Assembly (NCBI GenBank): GCA_963693365.1 | Contig: CAVNZM010000015.1 | Location: 1,550,001-1,614,000 of the forward strand | Source: Amoebidium appalachense | Taxonomy: Eukaryota; Protista; Ichthyosporea | Direction: 5' to 3' | DNA length: 64,000 nucleotides | Shown: in pieces, positions 52,486-64,000 of the stretch | How the letters are laid out: every line of letters begins with the position of its first letter | How positions within the stretch are numbered: position 1 is the stretch's first letter | Notes under the pieces: model-generated | Seen by the model: only the letters and a program-made list of their open reading frames with translations | Database searches by the model: none | Told to the model about the DNA's origin: nothing | Position numbers and translations under genes: made by a program

Positions 52486-52683
52486 CCGCTTCTTCCATTT
52501 TAGCGTCTGGGCGCTGACCAGTGACCACCCGAGAGCCACATTTCTCGAATGCGTCTCACCAATCAAGAGAATCTATCAAATTGTGTCACATGCCGATGTC
52601 GACATACGAGTGATACGACTTTGTGTACAGAATGACGTCACCAATGTGGCTCTTGGCCCAGCTGCTAAAATGGAAGTAGCGGT
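52486..52683. mobile_element. Putative MITE with ~28-bp TIRs
   Basis: ACCGCTTCTTCCATTTTAGCGTCTGGGC versus GCCCAGCTGCTAAAATGGAAGTAGCGGT (inverted, 3 mismatches); inner pair AGAGCCACATT/AATGTGGCTCT. Confidence 0.7.
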
Positions 52684-52758
52684 CGTTGCTTCAATAGTTA
52701 CGTTATGAAAACTCATTATAGTTTATCTCCTTTTCTTGGTGCTAAGTAGAAATTTTCG

Positions 52759-52834
<76 letters not shown>

Positions 52835-52836
52835 CA

Positions 52837-52937
<101 letters not shown>

Positions 52938-53251
52938 TGTGTGTGTGTAATTGTGTATTTTGGATATTTAAATTTTGACTCCAAGTATAGTATTTATGCC
53001 TCCTATTCCGTGCTCCTATTACATGTGCATTACCCAGGGCCGATGCTGGCCCCTGGCCCTGGGCCATGCATAATCAGATGATGCATTGCTGGCGATGCCT
53101 CGCGGACCAATAACATTACGCGCTTGTACCAATTTGGAATTCCAGGATCTTGTATACCAACGATACAAAAACGAAGAGTGCGAAGACGGTCCGTAAAGAG
53201 TATCTATTGCCCCCGTATAATGTACATATACAGAAATTCCACTCATTGATA

Positions 53252-53300
<49 letters not shown>

Positions 53301-53856
53301 CACATATACGTATACCAAGTAAACTTGGGGGGAAATTTGTCATTCGATTTCAAGGTGACAAAGCCCTGAATGCCCATGTTCTCCCTAGTTGTCCAAGGTG
53401 CGTATTCCCTCACCGCTTCCTGTGTATCTTTCCTGAGTTATCTCAGATCATGCCCGGTCAGCGCAAGTAGAGTAACTATTGCTGTAGAGTGATGGTAGAG
53501 AAAACTTTTCTTTTTGCAGAAAGGGAAAGAGAGTTCAAAAAACATGTAGTCCTTTTTTTTGGGTGGGTTTACTATGCAGACATCTTTTGCGGAGGCGAGC
53601 GAGATAGATTTGTATGGATTGCTGGTATATCTAGGCAGCCCCAAAATCTCAACTTCCCGACCGTTGTCTCAAAACCAAGGGCAAGGCTCAAAACGAAACC
53701 AAAATTCTTCAAAGGTGCGAGGTGGAGGTCTTCGTGAGTCAGCCACTGGTACTACACACGGGTGATGAGGGTAAACCTCTGTTATACAGGGTGCACTTTT
53801 CGAAAACAAAGGCCTATGAACCGGTGTTAGGCCTACCACCTACTGAGGCGGTGTCT

Positions 53857-53894
<38 letters not shown>

Positions 53895-54414
53895 AAAAGG
53901 GACGCCTGAGTAGATGTAAAAACGTCGCACGTGCGGCAACACGTCAGTACGTGTTAGGTGTTAGGCATTATTGTGCAGTGTCCTAGGCTTACATATACGT
54001 GTTACATATATTTGCTCGCATGAGGTCGAGTCTCAGTGCTTCGAAGCAAACTGTAAAATCTCGCAATTGCAAGTGCCCACACCCTTTCAACAAGATTATC
54101 CACTACTAGTTCTCCATAAAACCCAAGTTTACGGGGCTTTTATCAGAGTGTGCTGTTTATTCATGTGTTATAACAGCTATCTGCACAGTATAGTGGCAAT
54201 TCAATCACAGCAGGAAATTTTTTATATGTAATTATAATACTCCACTCCGTACACCTTTATCACACACCCTAGTCACATGGTCATTGCGAAGACAGATCTA
54301 GACCAGCTTGGGAATATGATGTACAGTGAAATTCGCAACATACGCTTGAGAGTTGTGACCACTACATCACAAGACTGGTATTGTCTTGTTATCTATTAGA
54401 ACCAACCATCATAG

Positions 54415-55905
54415 ATGCCCATTTATGTTTATAAATTATGCCCAATGGGTGAAGCAAGTGACTCAACCATGCAGAAACATGAAATTGCCACACCAGGTCA
54501 TGGCTTGACGGCGGCGCCACCTGAAGATCCCATTGCCAACAAACACAACGAACAAGAAAATCCAACGCTTCCCAAAAGCCCAAAGACAGCGCATCTCAAC
54601 GACACCAAAACACGCATGTTTATAACAGCCGCCAATAATACGGAAAACATCGTCAGCGTCGCAATCGACATCTCGACTGAGAGCTCCGAAGGCCCCCATC
54701 CCCAATCCGCACGCGAACTACACAGGCTAGCCACAGAGGCGACCCGGTCGGAATTGCCCAAAAATACCGTTCATGAATTCGGTGCCGCGTACCAGAAACG
54801 GAGCTTCATTGCGTTCTTTTGCATCTTGTTTTTCCTGTGCATGTTCGAGGGGATCTTCCTCTACAAGAACTACCGAATCACCAATGTTGCACCCGTAGTG
54901 CGCGTACTTGAGGCGGGAGTCGTGTTAGCGAACGCAAAACAGGCGTTAACGGAAAACCAGAACAAGAGTTTTCCCGCTCTCTTTGAGAAAATCAACACAC
55001 TGCGGTCGGCGGCCGTTCATTTCAACAAGGAGGTAGCGATTGCGAAAGCGGAAGGGGACGCTGTGTGTAGGAACGAGCTTATTGCTTGGACTTTTCACTT
55101 CTGTCTACTGGCTGGGGTATGCGGTCTCGCGTTCCGGTACCGAATGCACAAGGTTGTAAAATCGAGGGGTATCCCGTATCTAATCCAGGTATTTCTGTCG
55201 ATTGTTTGTTGGTATATCTCGGTCGCGGTGCTCGACGCCTTTTTCAACATATATCCGTTTGAATTTCCAGACGCGATGGATATATCTAAGGAGGCGGAAC
55301 TGATGGCGACGGGGAAGAGGATGTTGGATATGACATACGGGTTCGAGATAGTCGGATTTTACAGTTTTTTCCTGTTTATCAAGTCGTTTATCCAACGTCA
55401 GCGGATAATGTACTATCTATTCAACAAACCCCTGCAGCTTGACGGGCACAAAATTAACCCGTTGAAACGACTGCCTATTACTATGTTGCTCCTTTCGCCG
55501 ATTGTTCTATCGTATTCTATATGGAGATTTTATTATGACGCCGCTAACAATTTGGTCCCCGTGTCGCTTATAGCCCCCTTTGTTCTTTTGTGGTTGTTTT
55601 CCGGTTGGTTTTTCTTCTATAGCTACAAGACGCGTAAGGCGCACATGCAGTTTAGCGATTATTATTTTAATTTGAGGATAATTGTGTTCAATTGCCTAAT
55701 TTGGCAGTTTCATATTCTGTGGGTGACTTTCCACACCAACGATCTCTTGCGTTCTATTGGGTGGTCTGTTTACGGGCGAATATGCACAAGTTTGTGTTTG
55801 TTGGATTTATGTGCGTGCCAGCTCATTCAACTGAGGTCAAACGTAACGAAAACGTGGGTTACGCACACATTTAGCTTCCGTACTTTCTCTTCATATACCA
55901 CGTAA
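54415..55905 (+). CDS. Intronless polytopic membrane protein (about 7-8 TM segments), function unknown; start may be Met at 54445
   Basis: 496-codon non-repetitive ORF: hydrophilic N-terminus, one TM, an amphipathic helical loop, then several hydrophobic helices. Confidence 0.88.
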   Translation: MPIYVYKLCPMGEASDSTMQKHEIATPGHGLTAAPPEDPIANKHNEQENPTLPKSPKTAHLNDTKTRMFITAANNTENIVSVAIDISTESSEGPHPQSARELHRLATEATRSELPKNTVHEFGAAYQKRSFIAFFCILFFLCMFEGIFLYKNYRITNVAPVVRVLEAGVVLANAKQALTENQNKSFPALFEKINTLRSAAVHFNKEVAIAKAEGDAVCRNELIAWTFHFCLLAGVCGLAFRYRMHKVVKSRGIPYLIQVFLSIVCWYISVAVLDAFFNIYPFEFPDAMDISKEAELMATGKRMLDMTYGFEIVGFYSFFLFIKSFIQRQRIMYYLFNKPLQLDGHKINPLKRLPITMLLLSPIVLSYSIWRFYYDAANNLVPVSLIAPFVLLWLFSGWFFFYSYKTRKAHMQFSDYYFNLRIIVFNCLIWQFHILWVTFHTNDLLRSIGWSVYGRICTSLCLLDLCACQLIQLRSNVTKTWVTHTFSFRTFSSYTT

Positions 55906-56506
55906 ATTCGAGATTAAGGGGGTTTTACGGTTATTACGGGGTTTAACGTTGAGGTTGCAGCTGAATTTGCCATCACGTACTAGAATTTCTGTGTCTGAAT
56001 TTAAACGATCCTTTCCCCCTCACTCCTTTTTTTTTTGGATCTCTCAACCGTGTTGTAAATTTTGCTGATAGCGGGTGCAGGATATATACTGTACGAATAT
56101 GAATGTGATTTGATGATTGGTGACCCGTTTTCTTGCCGTATGAATGTAGCCTAGACGCACACACACAAACAAGCACACACACACGTCCTGACACACACAC
56201 GTACACATAGACACATACACACACACAAAAAGGCTTTGAGCGAAGGCATGTTATGTACATACACATTGATGAGTAACTGAATGTCGCCGAATAAAACGAA
56301 ATACTACTCAAGTGATTTCACGGTTCACCCAGTCTTCTTTCAACAATATCGTTTGAACTGTTTTGATCAAGTCAAAAAATGGTTCTAAGAAATAGTTATG
56401 GTTCTTCTTGATGGCGGTGTGCGGTGAGGGTCTAGTGTGTGTGTGAGAGAAAGAGACTGCATTCAGGGATAGGGACGGAAGTAGTGGAGGTGTCGCGGTG
56501 GTGATG

Positions 56507-56601
<95 letters not shown>

Positions 56602-57662
56602 TGTGTGTGTGCATTTCTGTGCGTGCTCGTGCGTGCTGGTGCGCGCGCGCGTGTGTCCGGGAAGGGGAGAGCCGGGGGGAAGGGGGGGGGGGGGAGGGGG
56701 GGAGGGGGGGGAAGGGGGGGGGGGGGGGGGGGGGGGGGGCGGGAGGGGAGGGGGAGGGGGGCATGGGGGAGGGGGCAGAGCCATATGGTAGGTCAATTTG
56801 CCACACAAAGGTGCACACCAAAAATACCATTAGATAAATATTATGTTGCAGATGTTCCACTTCACTTATGTCGTGCACCTAGGTGCATGCTAATAGATGC
56901 CACTGATATACATCCCCCCCCCCCCCCCCCCCCTCTCCCCCTCCCCCCTCCCTCTCCCCCCCCCCTCCCCCCATCCCCCCCTACTCCCCCACCGCCGGGC
57001 GCCCTCCCCGCATGCCACGTCCCGGCCTCCGTTTTCAAACACAAACAATTTGCAACGTCAGCTTCTAGTGTGTACATGAACAGGTCCAACAAATATGCAT
57101 ACGTGCATGCAGGCACACTCACACACGCAGCACACACACTACACCATTCAAACGATAGCATATTAACATGCTCACCCGCTCGAAAAACCTCAATTTTAGT
57201 TTTTAGCTCTCTTCCGTGCAGGAAAAAAAAATTGTGCGCACGAACACATGCCCTTACAATGTACAGCTTGAAAATATGTGCGTGCACACACACACACACA
57301 CACAAACATGACATGAAACATGCACACTGAGTGGCATATAACGAGCATACCCCTTATGATCACACATTTCGAAAATGTGTGTGTGTGTGCGCGCGCGCAT
57401 GTGGGTGTGTGTGTTCACACTCGAGCTCTGTGCGCACGGTATCATATCAAATATCTAATAATAGTAACCAGCCAGAAAAACGCACACACGTGCGCGCTTT
57501 TTTTTATTCGACAAATCCAGCCTTAAACTTTGGCAACTACCAATAGAGTAGTTTATTTAAATGATGACCCCAGTAACACCACCACCTTTGTGTTTTCACA
57601 AAAAGAGAAACGCAAACACATTTCCATGTGTTAGGTTATACTTTTGCTGTTTCAATAGATCG

Positions 57663-57697
<35 letters not shown>

Positions 57698-57830
57698 CCC
57701 CCACCTCCCCACCCGTCTCTCTCATCCCCCCACCCCCCTCCTTTTTTCCAACACAGCATCCCTTGCCCCTTCTTTTTTTATTTTCTAATCATTTTTATTT
57801 AAATATTTTTTTTAAAAAAAGTCCCGAACC

Positions 57831-63797
<5,967 letters not shown>

Positions 63798-63854
63798 CTG
63801 TAAAAGGAAGGACACGGGAAATGGGGTGGTGTGGGGTTGGGAGTGGGGAAAAGA

Positions 63855-63968
<114 letters not shown>

Positions 63969-64000
63969 TGGGAGAGGGGGAGGAGGGGGTTTGTACGGGT

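Noticed and set aside
53038-53230. In-frame TGA next to Cys as possible selenocysteine
   Set aside because: No recognisable selenoprotein family or SECIS element; the exon itself is unproven.
53762-53846. Possible C/D-box snoRNA (GTGATGA...CTGA before a T-run)
   Set aside because: Weak terminal stem and no recognisable antisense guide to rRNA or snRNA.

Overview
Eukaryotic nuclear DNA very rich in microsatellites ((CA)n, (GCAC)n, (CT)n) and long G/C homopolymer runs; most listed ORFs are artefacts of these repeats. By reading splice sites by hand I reconstruct seven protein genes: an Ala/Pro-repeat membrane protein with a +1 frameshift, a secreted Cys-rich protein, a 2-exon HSL-family esterase, a 9-exon SAM-dependent methyltransferase, a multi-exon protein with two CIP4/nostrin-type HR1-like domains, an intronless multi-TM protein, and a multi-exon membrane protein that runs off the window end. 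Also present are one tRNA-Ser(AGA), four 5'-truncated copies of one non-LTR retroelement (three with target-site duplications) and several MITE-like inverted-repeat elements. Two signals stand out. (1) Many introns lack a U-rich polypyrimidine tract and instead end in (CA)n or A-runs fused to the AG, and some also begin with the complementary (GT)n. (2) The retroelement 3' end keeps a predicted H-type pseudoknot plus hairpin across diverged copies. No database searches were run; family calls rest on recognised motifs.
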